DNA of 26,148 nucleotides, taken from positions 186,001-212,148 of the forward strand of contig JBEKTZ010000007.1 in the NCBI GenBank assembly GCA_049515535.1, given 5' to 3'. Numbering within the stretch: the first letter of the stretch is position 1; every line of letters starts with the position of its first letter. Below the pieces are notes generated by a model, which worked only from the letters and a program-made list of their open reading frames with translations, was not told the DNA's origin and ran no database searches. This DNA comes from Candidatus Aminicenantales bacterium (GTDB taxonomy: Bacteria; Acidobacteriota; Aminicenantia; Aminicenantales; UBA4085). Positions 25,771 to 26,148 of the stretch are shown in pieces. Made by a program: the position numbers and the translations under genes.

Positions 25771-25899
25771 TAATGAGACCGGCAAAAATCCAAGACGCAG
25801 AAAATGAAAGAATTGTAATAATATCAAAGAAATTTCCAGGGTTTCCCTTTTCGATGGAGTTTGATTCTTTTATATGCTTTTAGCTATTCCTGATGAATT

Positions 25900-25921
25900 T
25901 TGGGCACAAATTGGGCACAAA
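25900..25921. repeat. Tandem 11-bp direct repeat, candidate tyrosine-integrase arm-type sites
   Basis: TTGGGCACAAA x2, about 130 bp from the tRNA fragment, in AT-rich DNA. Confidence 0.65.
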
Positions 25922-26148
25922 TATTTTGAGACTAAATAGGACATTCTTGTTGTGGGATGAAATCCGGCCCGGCTGCGTCTACAGAGGTGCGCAACTTCGG
26001 AGCCATAAAAGGCTTCCTCAGCTAGTTGTGCGTCTCGTAAATTTCTTGGTTAAATGGCAGGCGAGAGGGACGCACAACATCCGGGGGAGTTTGAGGGGGA
26101 ATGGATTGGTTCCCCCTCAGGGGGTCAGCGAAGCGCCGAGGGGGGAGC

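Noticed and set aside
25731..25810. Intact tRNA-Val gene
   Set aside because: No D-arm, 5' anticodon stem or 5' acceptor strand is present; only the 3' half exists.
1..26148. CRISPR array, cas, transposase or integrase genes
   Set aside because: No regularly spaced repeats and no ORF with such motifs in this window.

Overview
GC-rich bacterial chromosomal window. The gene repertoire (GWxTD-TPR protein, SH3 plus beta-barrel protein, DUF5916 protein) suggests an Acidobacteriota/Aminicenantes-like anaerobe; this is inference. Left part: a truncated ArnT/GT39-type membrane glycosyltransferase, two outer-membrane beta-barrel genes, a Tat-exported CrtI/RetSat-family flavoprotein, a GWxTD/TPR protein, a CBM9-like/DUF5916 protein and a stand-alone PAS protein. 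Centre: a tightly linked + strand run of glgP, a large GH13, rhaT, a UroD/MtaA-family protein and a GH106-like hydrolase. Right part: an arylsulfotransferase and a Ni/Co ECF operon (M-N fusion, Q, O), then a 3'-half tRNA-Val fragment with a nearby tandem arm-type repeat, read as the edge of an integrated element that continues beyond the window. The most striking observation is a dispersed GC-rich hairpin repeat (64-103 bp) present three times. Every copy lies inside a protein-coding gene at a tolerant position, is translated in a different frame, and has the same + strand orientation.
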